Positions 13,201-27,348 of a stretch of 64,000 nt of DNA are shown piece after piece. The position numbers and the translations under genes are program-made. The notes under the pieces were generated by a model that was not told where the DNA came from, made no database searches, and saw only the letters and a list, made by a program, of their open reading frames with translations. Within the stretch, counting starts at the first letter, position 1. Each line of letters starts with the position of its first letter. Source of the stretch: Eledone cirrhosa (Eukaryota); assembly GCA_964016885.1 (NCBI GenBank), contig OZ024740.1:290718001-290782000 (forward strand), read 5' to 3'.

Positions 13201-16200
13201 TTTTTTTATGGGGGGTCCGTTTTTTATTTGGGTTCCCCGTTTTTTATTTGGGTACCCCGTTTTTTATTTGGGTGCCCCGTTTTTTATTTGGGTGCCCCGT
13301 TTTTTTATGGGGGGTCCGTTTTTTATTTGGGTACCCCGTTTTTTATTTGGGTGCCCCGTTTTTATATGGGTGCCCCGTTTTTTATTTGGGTGCACCGTTT
13401 TTTTTTGGGTGCACCGTTTTTTATTTGGGTGCCCCGTTTTTTATTTGGGTGCCCCGTTTTTTATTTGGGTGCCCCGTTTTTTTATGGGGGGGTTCGTTTT
13501 TTATTTGGGTGCCCCGTTTTTTTATGGGGGGTCCGTTTTTTATTTGGGTGCCCCGTTTTTTATGGGGGGTCCGTTTTTATTTGGGTGCCCCGTTTTTTAT
13601 TTGGGTACCCCGTTTTTTATTTGGATGCCCCGTTTTTTATTTGGGTGCCCCGTTTTTTTATGGGGGGGTCCGTTTTTTATTTGGGTGCACCGTTCTTCTA
13701 TGGGGGGGTCCGTTTTTTATTTGGGTACCCCGTTTTTTATTTGGGGGCCCCGTTTTTTTTATGGGGGGGTCCGTTTCTTATTTGGTTACCCCATTTTTTA
13801 TTTGGGTGCCCCGTTTTTTTTATGGGGGGGTCCGTTTTTTATTTGGGTGCCCCGTTTTTTTATGGGGGGGTTCGTTTTTTATTTGGGTCCCCCGTTTTTT
13901 TATGGGGGGTCCGTTTTTTATTTGGGTGCCCCGTTTTTTATTTGGGTGCCCCGTTTTTTATTTGGGTGCCCCGTTTTTTTATGGGGGGGTCCGTTTTTTA
14001 TTTGGGTACCCCGTTTTTTATTTGGGTGCCCCGTTTTTATATGGGTGCCCCGTTTTTTATTTGGGTGCCCCGTTTTTATATGGGGGGGTCCGTTTTTTAT
14101 TTGGGTGCCCCGTTTTTATATGGGGGGTCCGTTTTTTATTTGGGTGCCCCGATTTTTATGGGGGCTCCGTTTTTGATTTGGGTGCCCCGTTTTTTATTTG
14201 GGTACCCCGTTTTTTATTTGGGTGCCCCGTTTTTTATTTGGGTGCCCCGTTTTTTTATGGGGGGGTCCGTTTTTTATTTGGGTACCCCGTTTTTTATTTG
14301 GGTGCCCCGTTTTTATAAGGGGGGTCCGTTTTTTATTTGGGTGCCCCGTTTTCTATTTGGGTGCCCCGTTTTTTATTTGGGTGCACCGTTTTTTATTTGG
14401 GTGCCCCGTTTTTTATTTGGGTGCCCCGTTTATTATTTGGGTACCCCGTTTTTTATTTGGTTGCCCCGTTTTTATATGGGGGGGTCCGTTTTTTATTTAG
14501 GTGCCCCGTTTTTTTATGGGGGGGTCCGTTTTTTATTTGGGTGCCCCGTTTTTTATTTGGGTACCCCGTTTTTTATTTGGGTGCCCCGTTTTCTATTTGG
14601 GTGCCCCGTTTTTTTATGGGGGGTCCGTTTTTTATTTGGGTGCCCCGTTTTTTATGGGGGGTCCGTTTTTTATTTGGGTGCCCCGTTTTTTATTTGGGTA
14701 CCCCGTTTTTTATTTGGGTGCCCCGTTTTTTATTTGGGTGCCCCGTTTTTTTTATGGGGGGGTCCGTTTTTTATTTGGGTACCCCTTTTTTTATTTGGGT
14801 GTCCCGTTTTTTTATGGGGGGGTCCGTTTTTTATTTGGGTACCCCGTTTTTTATTTGGGGGCCCCGTTTTTTTATGGGGGGGTCCGTTTTTTATTTGGTT
14901 ACCCCATTTTTTATTTGGGTGCCCCGTTTTTTTATGGGGGGGTTCGTTTTTTATTTGGGTGCCCCGTTTTTTTATGGGGGGTCCGTTTTTTATTTGGGTT
15001 CCCCGTTTTTTATTTGGGTACCCCGTTTTTTATTTGGGTGCCCCGTTTTTTATTTGGGTGCCCCGTTTTTTTATGGGGGGTCCGTTTTTTATTTGGGTAC
15101 CCCGTTTTTTATTTGGGTGCCCCGTTTTTATATGGGTGCCCCGTTTTTTATTTGGGTGCACCGTTTTTTTTTGGGTGCACCGTTTTTTATTTGGGTGCCC
15201 CGTTTTTTATTTGGGTGCCCCGTTTTTTATTTGGGTGCCCCGTTTTTTTATGGGGGGGTTCGTTTTTTATTTGGGTGCCCCGTTTTTTTATGAGGGGTCC
15301 GTTTTTTATTTGGGTGCCCCGTTTTTTATGGGGGGTCCGTTTTTATTTGGGTGCCCCGTTTTTTATTTGGGTACCCCGTTTTTTATTTGGATGCCCCGTT
15401 TTTTATTTGGGTGCCCCGTTTTTTTATGGGGGGGTCCGTTTTTTATTTGGGTGCACCGTTCTTCTATGGGGGGGTCCGTTTTTTATTTGGGTACCCCGTT
15501 TTTTATTTGGGGGCCCCGTTTTTTTTATGGGGGGGTCCGTTTCTTATTTGGTTACCCCATTTTTTATTTGGGTGCCCCGTTTTTTTTATGGGGGGGTCCG
15601 TTTTTTATTTGGGTGCCCCGTTTTTTTATGGGGGGGTTCGTTTTTTATTTGGGTCCCCCGTTTTTTTATGGGGGTCCGTTTTTTATTTGGGTGCCCCGTT
15701 TTTTATGGGGGGTCCGTTTTTTATTTGGGTGCCCCGTTTTTTATTTGGGTACCCCGTTTTTTATTTGGGTGCCCCGTTTTTTATTTGGGTGCCCCGTTTT
15801 TTTATGGGGGGGTCCGTTTTTTATTTGGGTGCCCCGTTTTTTATTTGGGTACCCCGTTTTTTATTTGGGTGCCCCGTTTTTTATTTCGGGGCCCCGTTTT
15901 TTATGGGGGGGTCCGTTTTTTATTTGGTTACCCCATATTTTATTTGGGTGCCCCGTTTTTTTATGGGGGGGTCCGTTTTTTATTTGGGTGCCCCGTTGTT
16001 TTATGGGGGGGTTCGTTTTTTATATGGGTGCCCCGTTTTTATATGGGGGGTCCGTTTTTTATTTGGGTGCCCCGTTATTTATTGGGGTGCCCCGTTTTTT
16101 TATGGGGGGGTCCGTTTTTTATTTGGGTACCCCGTTTTTTATTTGGGTGCCCCGTTTTTATAAGGGGGGTCCGTTTTTTATTTGGGTGCCCCGTTTTCTA

Positions 16201-17501
16201 TTTGGGTGCCCCGTTTTTTATTTGGGTGCACCGTTTTTTATTTGGGTGCCCCGTTTTTTATTTGGGTGCCCCGTTTATTATTTGGGTACCCCGTTTTTTA
16301 TTTGGTTGCCCCGTTTTTATATGGGGGGGTCCGTTTTTTATTTGGGTGCCCCGTTTTTTTATGGGGGGGTCCGTTTTTTATTTGGGTGCCCCGTTTTTTA
16401 TTTGGGTACCCCGTTTTTTATTTGGGTGACCCGTTTTCTATTTGGGTGCCCCGTTTTTTTATGGGGGGTCCGTTTTTTATTTGGGTGCCCCGTTTTTTAT
16501 GGGGGGTCCGTTTTTTATTTGGGTGCCCCGTTTTTTATTTGGGTACCCCGTTTTTTATTTGGGTGCCCCGTTTTTTATTTGGGTGCCCCGTTTTTTTTAT
16601 GGGGGGGTCCGTTTTTTATTTGAGTACCCCTTTTTTTATTTGGGTGTCCCGTTTTTTTATGGGGGGGTCCGTTTTTTATTTGGGTACCCCGTTTTTTATT
16701 TGGGGGCCCCGTTTTTTTATGGGGGGGTCCGTTTTTTATTTGGTTACCCCATTTTTTATTTGGGTGCCCCGTTTTTTTATGGGGGGGTTCGTTTTTTATT
16801 TGGGTGCCCCGTTTTTTTATGGGGGGTCCGTTTTTTATTTGGGTTCCCCGTTTTTTATTTGGGTACCCCGTTTTTTATTTGGGTGCCCCGTTTTTTATTT
16901 GGGTGCCCCGTTTTTTTATGGGGGGTCCGTTTTTTATTTGGGTACCCCGTTTTTTATTTGGGTGCCCCGTTTTTATATGGGTGCCCCGTTTTTTATTTGG
17001 GTGCACCGTTTTTTTTTGGGTGCACCGTTTTTTATTTGGGTGCCCCGTTTTTTATTTGGGTGCCCCGTTTTTTATTTGGGTGCCCCGTTTTTTTATGGGG
17101 GGGTTCGTTTTTTATTTGGGTGCCCCGTTTTTTTATGGGGGGTCCGTTTTTTATTTGGGTGCCCCGTTTTTTATGGGGGGTCCGTTTTTATTTGGGTGCC
17201 CCGTTTTTTATTTGGGTACCCCGTTTTTTATTTGGATGCCCCGTTTTTTATTTGGGTGCCCCGTTTTTTTATGGGGGGGTCCGTTTTTTATTTGGGTGCA
17301 CCGTTCTTCTATGGGGGGGTCCGTTTTTTATTTGGGTACCCCGTTTTTTATTTGGGGGCCCCGTTTTTTTTATGGGGGGTCCGTTTCTTATTTGGTTACC
17401 CCATTTTTTATTTGGGTGCCCCGTTTTTTTTATGGGGGGGTCCGTTTTTTATTTGGGTGCCCCGTTTTTTTATGGGGGGGTTCGTTTTTTATTTGGGTCC
17501 C
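10280..17501 (+). repeat. Tandem duplication, 3611-bp unit x2, each unit made of 1766 + 1845 bp related subunits
   Basis: Rare stop-creating variants pair at +3611: 10565/14176, 10707/14318, 12552/16163, 12818/16429, 13012/16623. The TATAAGGG marker is spaced 1845, 1766, 1845. Confidence 0.93.
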
Positions 17502-20500
17502 CCGTTTTTTTATGGGGGTCCGTTTTTTATTTGGGTGCCCCGTTTTTTATGGGGGGTCCGTTTTTTATTTGGGTGCCCCGTTTTTTATTTGGGTACCCCG
17601 TTTTTTATTTGGGTGCCCCGTTTTTTATTTGGGTGCCCCGTTTTTTTATGGGGGGGTCCGTTTTTTATTTGGGTGCCCCGTTTTTTATTTGGGTACCCCG
17701 TTTTTTATTTGGGTGTCCCGTTTTTTATTTCGGGGCCCCGTTTTTTATGGGGGGGTCCGTTTTTTATTTGGTTACCCCATTTTTTATTTGGGTGCCCCGT
17801 TTTTTTATGGGGGGGTCCGTTTTTTATTTGGGTGCCCCGTTTTTTATTTCGGGGCCCCGTTTTTTATGGGGGGGTCCGTTTTTTATTTGGTTACCCCATT
17901 TTTTATTTGGGTGCCCCGTTTTTTTATGGGGGGGTCCGTTTTTTATTTGGGTGCCCCGTTGTTTTATGGGGGGGTTCGTTTTTTATATGGGTGCCCCGTT
18001 TTTATATGGGGGGTCCGTTTTTTATTTGGGTGCCCCGTTATTTATTTGGGTGCCCCGTTTTTTTATGGGGGGGTCCGTTTTTTATTTGGGTACACCTTTT
18101 TTTATTTGGGTGCCCCGTTTTTATATGGGGGGTCCGTTTTTTATTTGGGTGCCCCGTTTTTTATTTGGGTGCCCCGTTTTTTATTTGGGTGCACCGTTTT
18201 TTATTTGGGTGCACCGTTTTTTATTTGGGTGCCCCGTTTTTTATTTGGGTACCCCGTTTTTTATTTGGTTGCCCCGTTTTTTATGGGGGGGGTCCGTTTT
18301 TTATTTGGGTGCCCCGTTTTTTATTTGGGTACACCGTTTTTTATTTGGGTGCCCCGTTTTTTATGGGGGGGTCCGTTTTTTATTTGGGTACCCCGTTTTT
18401 TATTTGGGTGCCCCGTTTTTTATGGGGGGTCCGTTTTTTATTTGGGTGCCCCGTTTTTTATTTGGGTACACCGTTTTTTATTTGGGTGCCCCGTTTTTTA
18501 TGGGGGGGGTCCGTTTTTTATTTGGGTACCCCGTTTTTTATTTGGATGCCCCGTTTTTTATGGGGGGGTACGTTTTTTATTTGGGTGCCCCGTTTTTTTA
18601 TGGGGGGGTCAGGTTTTTATTTGGGTGCCCCGTTTTTTTATGGGGGGTCCGTTTTTTATTTGGGTGCCCCGTTTATTATGGGGGCGTCCGTTTTTTATTT
18701 GGGTGCCCCGTTTTTTATTTGGGTACCCCGTTTTTTATTTGGGTGCCCCGTTTTTTATTTGGGTGCCCCGTTCTTTTATGGGGGGTCCGTTTTTTATTTG
18801 GGTTCCCCGTTTTTTATTTGGGTGCCCCGTTTTTTATTTGGGTGCACCGTTTTTTATTTGGGTGCCCCGTTTTTTATTTGGGTGCACCGTTTTTTATTTG
18901 GGTGCCCCGTTTTTTATTTGGGTGCCCCGTTTATTATTTGGGTACCCCGTTTTTTATTTGGTTGCCCCGTTTTTATATGGGGGGGTCCGTTTTTTATTTG
19001 GGTGCCCCGTCTTTTTATGGGGGGTCCGTTTTTTATTTGGGTACCCCTTTTTTTATTTGGGTGTCCCGTTTTTTTATGGGGGGGTCCGTTTTTTATTTGG
19101 GTACCCCGTTTCTTATTTGGGGGCCCCGTTTTTTTATGGGGGGGTCCGTTTTTTATTTGGTTACCCCATTTTTTATTTGGGTGCCCCGTTTTTTTATGGG
19201 GGGGTCCGTTTTTTATTTGGGTGCCCCGTTTTTTTATGGGGGGGTTCGTTTTTTATTTGGGTGCCCCGTTTTTTTATGGGGGGTCCGTTTTTTATTTGGG
19301 TTCCCCGTTTTTTATTTGGGTACCCCGTTTTTTATTTGGGTGCCCCGTTTTTTATTTGGGTGCCCCGTTTTTTTATGGGGGGTCCGTTTTTTATTTGGGT
19401 ACCCCGTTTTTTATTTGGGTGCCCCGTTTTTATATGGGTGCCCCGTTTTTTATTTGGGTGTACCGTTTTTTATTTGGGTGCACCGTTTTTTATTTGGGTG
19501 CCCCGTTTTTTATTTGGGTGCCCCGTTTTTTTATGGGGGGGTTCGTTTTTTATTTGGGTGCCCCGTTTTTTTATGGGGGGTCCGTTTTTTATTTGGGTGC
19601 CCCGTTTTTATGGGGGGTCCGTTTTTTATTTGGGTGCCCCGTTTTTTATTTGGGTACCCCGTTTTTTATTTGGATGCCCCGTTTTTTATTTGGGTGCCCC
19701 GTTTTTTTATGGGGGGGTCCGTTTCTTATTTGGTTACCCCATTTTTTATTTGGGTGCCCCGTTTTTTTTATAGGGGGGTCCGTTTTTTATTTGGGTGCCC
19801 CGTTTTTTTATGGGGGGGTTCGTTTTTTATTTGGGTCCCCCGTTTTTTTATGGGGGGTCCGTTTTTTATTTGGGTGCCCCGTTTTTTATGGGGGGTCCGT
19901 TTTTTATTTGGGTGCCCCGTTTTTTATTTGGGTACCCCGTTTTTTATTTGGGTGCCCCGTTTTTTATTTGGGTGCCCCGTTTTTTTATGGGGGGGTCCGT
20001 TTTTTATTTGGGTGCCCCGTTTTTTATTTGGGTGTCCCGTTTTTTTATGGGGGGTCCGTTTTTTATTTGGGTACCCCGTTTTTTATTTGGGGGCCCCGTT
20101 TTTTATGGGGGGGTCCGTTTTTTATTTGGTTACCCCGTTCTTTTATGGGGGGGTCCGTTTTTTATTTGGGTGCCCCGTTTTTTTATGGGGGGGTTCGTTT
20201 TTTATTTGGGTGCCCCGTTTTTTTATGGGGGGTCCGTTTTTTATTTGGGTGCCCCGTTTTTTATGGGGGGTCCGTTTTTTATTTGGGTGCCCCGTTTTTT
20301 ATTTGGGTACCCCGTTTTTTATTTGGGTGCCCCGTTTTTTATTTGGGTGCCCCGTTTTTTTATGGGGGGGGTCCGTTTTTTATTTGGGTACCCCTTTTTT
20401 TATTTAGGTGCCCCGTTTTTATATGGGGGGTCCGTTTTTTATTTGGGTGCCCCGTTTTTTATTTGGGTGCCCCGTTTTTTATTTGGGTGCACCGTTTTTT

Positions 20501-22521
20501 ATTTGGGTGCACCGTTTTTTATTTGGGTGCCCCGTTTTTTATTTGGGTGCCCCGTTTTTATATGGGGGGTCCGTTTTTTATTTGGGTGTCCCTTTTTTTA
20601 TGGGGGGTCCGTTTTTTATTTGGGTACCCCGTTTTTTATTTGGGTGCCCCGTTTTTTTATGGGGGGTCCGTTTTTTATTTGGGTGCACCGTTCTTTTATG
20701 GGGGGGTCCGTTTTTTATTTGGGTGCCCCGTTTTTTATATGGGTGCACCGTTTTTTATTTGGGTGCCCCGTTTTTTATTTGGGTACCCCGTCTTTTATTT
20801 GGGTGCCCCGTTTTTTATGGGGGGGTCCGTTTTTTATTTGGGTGTCCCGTTTTTTTATGGGGGGTCCGTTTTTTATTTGTGTGCCCCGTTTTTTATTGGG
20901 GCGTCCGTTTTTCATTTGGGTGCCCCGTTTTTTATGGGGGGTCCGTTTTTTATTTGGGTGCCCCGTTTTTTATTTGGGTGCCCCGTTTTTTATTTGGGTG
21001 CCCCGTTTTTTATTTGGGTGCACCGTTTTTTATTTGGGTGCCCCGTTTTTTATTTGGGTACCCCGTTTTTTATTTGGTTGCCCCGTTTTTATATGGGGGG
21101 GTCCGTTTTTTATTTGGGTGCCCCGTTTTTTTATGGGGGGTCCGTTTTTTATTTGGGAACCCCATTTTTTATTTGGGTGCCCCGTTTTTTTATGGGGGTC
21201 CGTTTTTATTTGGGTACCCCGTTTTTTATTTGGGTGCCCCGTTTTTTATGGGGGGGGTCCGTTTTTTATTTGGGTGCCTCGTTTTTTATGGGGGGGTCCG
21301 TTTTTTATTTGGGTGCCCCGTTTTTTATTTGGGTACACCGTTTTTTATTTGGGTGCCCCGTTTTTTATGGGGGGGTACGTTTTTTATTTGGGTACCCCGT
21401 TTTTTATTTGGGTGCCCCGTTTTTTATGGGGGTCCGTTTTTTATTTGGGTGCCCCGTTTTTTATTCGGGTACACCGTTTTTTATTTGGGTGCCCCGTTTT
21501 TTATGGGGGGGTCCGTTTTTTATTTGGGTACCCCGTTTTTTATTTGGATGCCTCGTTTTTTATGGGGGGGTACGTTTTTTATTTGGGTGCCCCGTTTTTT
21601 ATGGGGGGTCCGTTTTTTATTTGGGTGCCCCGTTTTTTATTTGGGTATCCCGTTTTTTATTTGGGTGCCCCGTTTTTTATTTGGGTGCCCCGTTTTTTTA
21701 TGGGGGGGTCCGTTTTTTATTTGGGTACACCTTTTTTTATTTGGGTGCCCCGTTTTTATATGGGGGGTCCGTTTTTTATTTGGGTGCTCCGTTTTTTATT
21801 TGGGTGCCCCGTTTTTTATTTGGGTGCACCGTTTTTTATTTGGGTGCACCGTTTTTTATTTGGGTGACCCGTTTTTTATTTGGGTACCCCGTTTTTTATT
21901 TGGTTGCCCCGTTTTTATATGGGGGGGTCCGTTTTTTATTTGGGTGCCCCGTTCTTTTATGGGGGGTCCGTTTTTTATTTGGGAACCCCGTTTTTTATTT
22001 GGGTGCCCCGTTTTTTATGGGGGGTCCGTTTTTTATTTGGGTGCCCCGTTTTTTATTTGGGTACACCGTTTTTTATTTGGGTGCCCCGTTTTTTATGGGG
22101 GGGTCCGTTTTTTATTTGGGTACCCCGTTTTTTATTTGGATGCCCCGTTTTTTATGGGGGGGTACGTTTTTTATTTGGGTGCCCCGTTTTTTTATGGGGG
22201 GGGTCCGGTTTTTATTTGGGTGCCCCGTTTTTTTATGGGGGGTCCGTTTTTTATTTGGGTGCCCCGTTTATTATGGGGGCGTCCGTTTTTTATTTGGGTG
22301 CCCCGTTTTTTATTTGGGTACCCCGTTTTTTATTTGGGTGCCCCGTTTTTTATTTGGGTGCCCCGTTCTTTTATGGGGGGTCCGTTTTTTATTTGGGTGC
22401 CCCGTTCTTTTATGGGGGGGTCCGTTTTTTATTTGGGTGCCCCGTTTTTTTATGGGGGGATCCGTTTTTTATTTGGGAACCCCATTTTTTATTTGGGTGC
22501 CCCGTTTCTTTATGGGGGGGT

Positions 22522-25500
22522 CCGTTTTTTATTTGGGTGCCCCGTTTTTTTCTGGGGGGGTCCGTTTTTTATTTGGGTGTCACGTTTTTTATTTGGGTAC
22601 CCCGTTTTTTATTTCGGTGCACCGTTCTTTATTTGGGTGCCCCGTTTTTTATTTGGGTGCCCCGTTTTTTTATGGGGGGTCCGTTTTTTACTTGGGAACC
22701 CCATTTTTTATTTGGGTGCCCCGTTTTTTTATGGGGGGGTCCGTTTTTTATTTGAGGGCCCCGTTTTTTTATGGGGGGTCCGTTTTTTATTTGGGTGCCC
22801 CGTTTTTTATTTGGGTGCACCGTTTTTTATTTGGGTGCCCCGTTTTTTATTTGGGTGCCCCGTTTTTTTATGGGGAGTCCGTTTTTTATTTGGGTGTCCC
22901 TTTTTTTATGGGGGGTCCGTTTTTTATTTGGGTACCCCGTTTTTTATTTGGGTGCCCCGTTTTTTTATGGGGGGTCCGTTTTTTATTTGGGTGTCCCGTT
23001 TTTTTATGGGTGGTCCGTTTTTTATTTGTGTGCCCCGTTTTTTATTGGGGCGTCCGTTTTTTATTTGGGTGCCCCGTTTTTTTATTGGGGGTCCGTTTTT
23101 TATTTGGGTGCCCCGTTTTTTATTTGGGTACCCCGTTTTTTATTTGGGTGCCCCGTTTTTTTATGGAGGGGTCCGTTTTTATTTGGGTACCCCGTTTTTT
23201 ATTTGGGTGCCCCGTTTTTTATGGGGGGGGTCCGTTTTTTATTTGGGTGCCCCGTTTTCTTATGGGGGGTCCGTTTTTTATTTGGGTGCCCCGTTTTTTA
23301 TTTGGGTACCCCGTTTTTTATTTGGGTGCCCCGTTTTTTTATGGGGGGGGCCGTTTTTTATTTGGGTACCCCGTTTTTTATTTGGGTGCCCCGTTTTTTT
23401 ATGGGGGGGTCCGTTTTTATTTGGGTGCCCCGTTTTTTTATGGGGGGTCCGTTTTTTATTTGGGTGCCCCGTTTTTTTATGGGGGGATCCGTTTTTTATT
23501 TGTTTACCCCGTTTTTTATTTGGGTGCACCTTTTTTATTTGGGTACCCAGTTTTTTATTTGGGTGCCCCGTTTTTATATGGGGCGTCCGTTTTTTATTTG
23601 GGTGCCCCGTTTTTTATTTGGGTGCCCCGTTTTTTATTTGGGTGCACCGTTTTTTATTTGGGTGCACCGTTTTTTATTTGGGTGCACCGTTTTTTATTTG
23701 GGTGCCCCGTTTTTTATTTGGGTACCCCGTTTTTTATTTGGTTGCCCCGTTTTTATATGGGGGGGTGCGTTTTTTATTTGGGTACCCCGTTTTTTATTTG
23801 GGTTCCCCGTTTTTTTATGGGGGGTCCGTTTTTTATTTGGGTACCCCGTTGTTTATTTGGGTGCCCCGTTTTTTATGGGGGGGTCCGTTTTTTATTTGGG
23901 TGCCCCGTTTTTTATTTGGGTACCCCGTTTTTTATTTGAGTTCCCCGTTTTTTTATGGGGGGTCCGTTTTTTATTTGGGTACCCCGTTTTTTATTTGGGT
24001 GCCCCGTTTTTTATGGGGGGGTCCGTTTTTTATTTGGGTGCCCCGTTTTTTTATGGGGGGGTCCGTTTTTTATTTGGGTGCCCCATTTTTTATTTGGGTG
24101 CCCCGTTTTTTATGGGGGGGTCCGTTTTTTATTTGGGAACCCCATTTTTTATTTGGGTGCCCCGTTTTTTATTTGGGTGCCCCGTTTTTTATGGGGGGGT
24201 CCGTTTTTTATTTGGGTACCCCGTTTTTTATTTGGGTGCCCCGTTTTTTATGGGGGGGTCCGTTTTTTATTTGTGTGCCCCGTTTTTTATTTGGGTGCAC
24301 CGTTTTTTTATGGGGGGTCCGTTTTTTATTTGGGAACCCCATTTATTATTTGGGTGCCCCGTTTTTTTATGGGGGGGTCCGTTTTTTATTTGGGTGCCCA
24401 GTTTTTTTATGGGGGGTCCGTTTTTTATTTGGGTGTCACGTTTTTTATTTGGGTGCACCGTTTTTTATTTGGGTACCCCGTTTTTTATTTCGGTGCACCG
24501 TTTTTTATTTGGGAGCCCCGTTTTTTATTTGGGTACCCCGTTTTTTATTTGGGTGCCCCGTTTTTTTATGGGGGGGGTCCGTTTTTTATTTGGGTGCCCC
24601 GTTTTTTATTTGGGTACCCCGTTTTTTATTTGGGTGCCCCGTTTTTTTATGGGGGGATCCGTTTTTTATTTGGGAACCCCATTTTTTATTTGGGTGCCCC
24701 GTTTTTTTTTGGGTACCCCGTTTTTTATTTGGGTGCCCCGTTTTTTTATGGGGGGGTCCGTTTTTTATTTGGGTGCCCCGTTTTTTATTTGGGTACCCCG
24801 TTTTTTATTTGGGTGCCCCGTTCTTTTATGGGGGGATCCGTTTTTTATTTGGGAACCCCATTTTTTATTTGGGTGCCCCGTTTTTTTATGGGGGGTCCGT
24901 TTTTTATTGGGATGCCCCGTTTTTTGTGGGGGGGCCGTTTTTTATTTGGGTGCCCCGTTTTTTTCTGGGGGGGTCCGTTTTTTATTTGGGTGTCACGTTT
25001 TTTATTTGGGTACCCCGTTTTTTATTTCGGTGCACCGTTCTTTATTTGGGTGCCCCGTTTTTTATTTGGGTGCCCCGTTTTTTTATGGGGGGTCCGTTTT
25101 TTACTTGGGAACCCCATTTTTTATTTGGGTGCCCCGTTTTTTTATGGGGGGGTCCGTTTTTTATTTGAGGGCCCCGTTTTTTTATGGGGGGTCCGTTTTT
25201 TATTTGGGTGCCCCGTTTTTTATTTGGGTGCACCGTTTTTTATTTGGGTGCCCCGTTTTTTATTTGGGTGCCCCGTTTTTTTATGGGGAGTCCGTTTTTT
25301 ATTTGGGTGTCCCTTTTTTTATGGGGGGTCCGTTTTTTATTTGGGTACCCCGTTTTTTATTTGGGTGCCCCGTTTTTTTATGGGGGGTCCGTTTTTTATT
25401 TGGGTGTCCCGTTTTTTTATGGGTGGTCCGTTTTTTATTTGTGTGCCCCGTTTTTTATTGGGGCGTCCGTTTTTTATTTGGGTGCCCCGTTTTTTTATTG

Positions 25501-27348
25501 GGGGTCCGTTTTTTATTTGGGTGCCCCGTTTTTTATTTGGGTACCCCGTTTTTTATTTGGGTGCCCCGTTTTTTTATGGAGGGGTCCGTTTTTATTTGGG
25601 TACTCCGTTTTTTATTTGGGTGCCCCGTTTTTTATGGGGGGGGGTCCGTTTTTTATTTGGGTGCCCCGTTTTCTTATGGGGGGTCCGTTTTTTATTTGGG
25701 TGCCCCGTTTTTTATTTGGGTACCCCGTTTTTTATTTGGGTGCCCCGTTTTTTTATGGGGGGGGCCGTTTTTTATTTGGGTACCCCGTTTTTTATTTGGG
25801 TGCCCCGTTTTTTTATGGGGGGGTCCGTTTTTATTTGGGTGCCCCGTTTTTTTATGGGGGGTCCGTTTTTTATTTGGGTGCCCCGTTTTTTTATGGGGGG
25901 ATCCGTTTTTTATTTGTTTACCCCGTTTTTTATTTGGGTGCACCTTTTTTATTTGGGTACCCAGTTTTTTATTTGGGTGCCCCGTTTTTATATGGGGCGT
26001 CCGTTTTTTATTTGGGTGCCCCGTTTTTTATTTGGGTGCCCCGTTTTTTATTTGGGTGCACCGTTTTTTATTTGGGTGCACCGTTTTTTATTTGGGTGCA
26101 CCGTTTTTTATTTGGGTGCCCCGTTTTTTATTTGGGTACCCCGTTTTTTATTTGGTTGCCCCGTTTTTATATGGGGGGGTGCGTTTTTTATTTGGGTACC
26201 CCGTTTTTTATTTGGGTTCCCCGTTTTTTTATGGGGGGTCCGTTTTTTATTTGGGTACCCCGTTGTTTATTTGGGTGCCCCGTTTTTTATGGGGGGGTCC
26301 GTTTTTTATTTGGGTGCCCCGTTTTTTATTTGGGTACCCCGTTTTTTATTTGAGTTCCCCGTTTTTTTATGGGGGGTCCGTTTTTTATTTGGGTACCCCG
26401 TTTTTTATTTGGGTGCCCCGTTTTTTATGGGGGGGTCCGTTTTTTATTTGGGTGCCCCGTTTTTTTATGGGGGGGTCCGTTTTTTATTTGGGTGCCCCAT
26501 TTTTTATTTGGGTGCCCCGTTTTTTATGGGGGGGTCCGTTTTTTATTTGGGAACCCCATTTTTTATTTGGGTGCCCCGTTTTTTATTTGGGTGCCCCGTT
26601 TTTTATGGGGGGGTCCGTTTTTTATTTGGGTACCCCGTTTTTTATTTGGGTGCCCCGTTTTTTATGGGGGGGTCCGTTTTTTATTTGTGTGCCCCGTTTT
26701 TTATTTGGGTGCACCGTTTTTTTATGGGGGGTCCGTTTTTTATTTGGGAACCCCATTTATTATTTGGGTGCCCCGTTTTTTTATGGGGGGGTCCGTTTTT
26801 TATTTGGGTGCCCAGTTTTTTTATGGGGGGTCCGTTTTTTATTTGGGTGTCACGTTTTTTATTTGGGTGCACCGTTTTTTATTTGGGTACCCCGTTTTTT
26901 ATTTCGGTGCACCGTTTTTTATTTGGGAGCCCCGTTTTTTATTTGGGTACCCCGTTTTTTATTTGGGTGCCCCGTTTTTTTATGGGGGGGGTCCGTTTTT
27001 TATTTGGGTGCCCCGTTTTTTATTTGGGTACCCCGTTTTTTATTTGGGTGCCCCGTTTTTTTATGGGGGGATCCGTTTTTTATTTGGGAACCCCATTTTT
27101 TATTTGGGTGCCCCGTTTTTTTTGGGTACCCCGTTTTTTATTTGGGTGCCCCGTTTTTTTATGGGGGGGTCCGTTTTTTATTTGGGTGCCCCGTTTTTTA
27201 TTTGGGTACCCCGTTTTTTATTTGGGTGCCCCGTTCTTTTATGGGGGGATCCGTTTTTTATTTGGGAACCCCATTTTTTATTTGGGTGCCCCGTTTTTTT
27301 ATGGGGGGTCCGTTTTTTATTGGGATGCCCCGTTTTTTGTGGGGGGCC
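22522..27348 (+). repeat. Tandem duplication, 2413-2414-bp unit x2
   Basis: Stops at 22755/25168 and 23939/26353. Identical minus-strand mini-ORFs at 22629/25042, 23278/25692 and 24267/26681. Confidence 0.93.
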
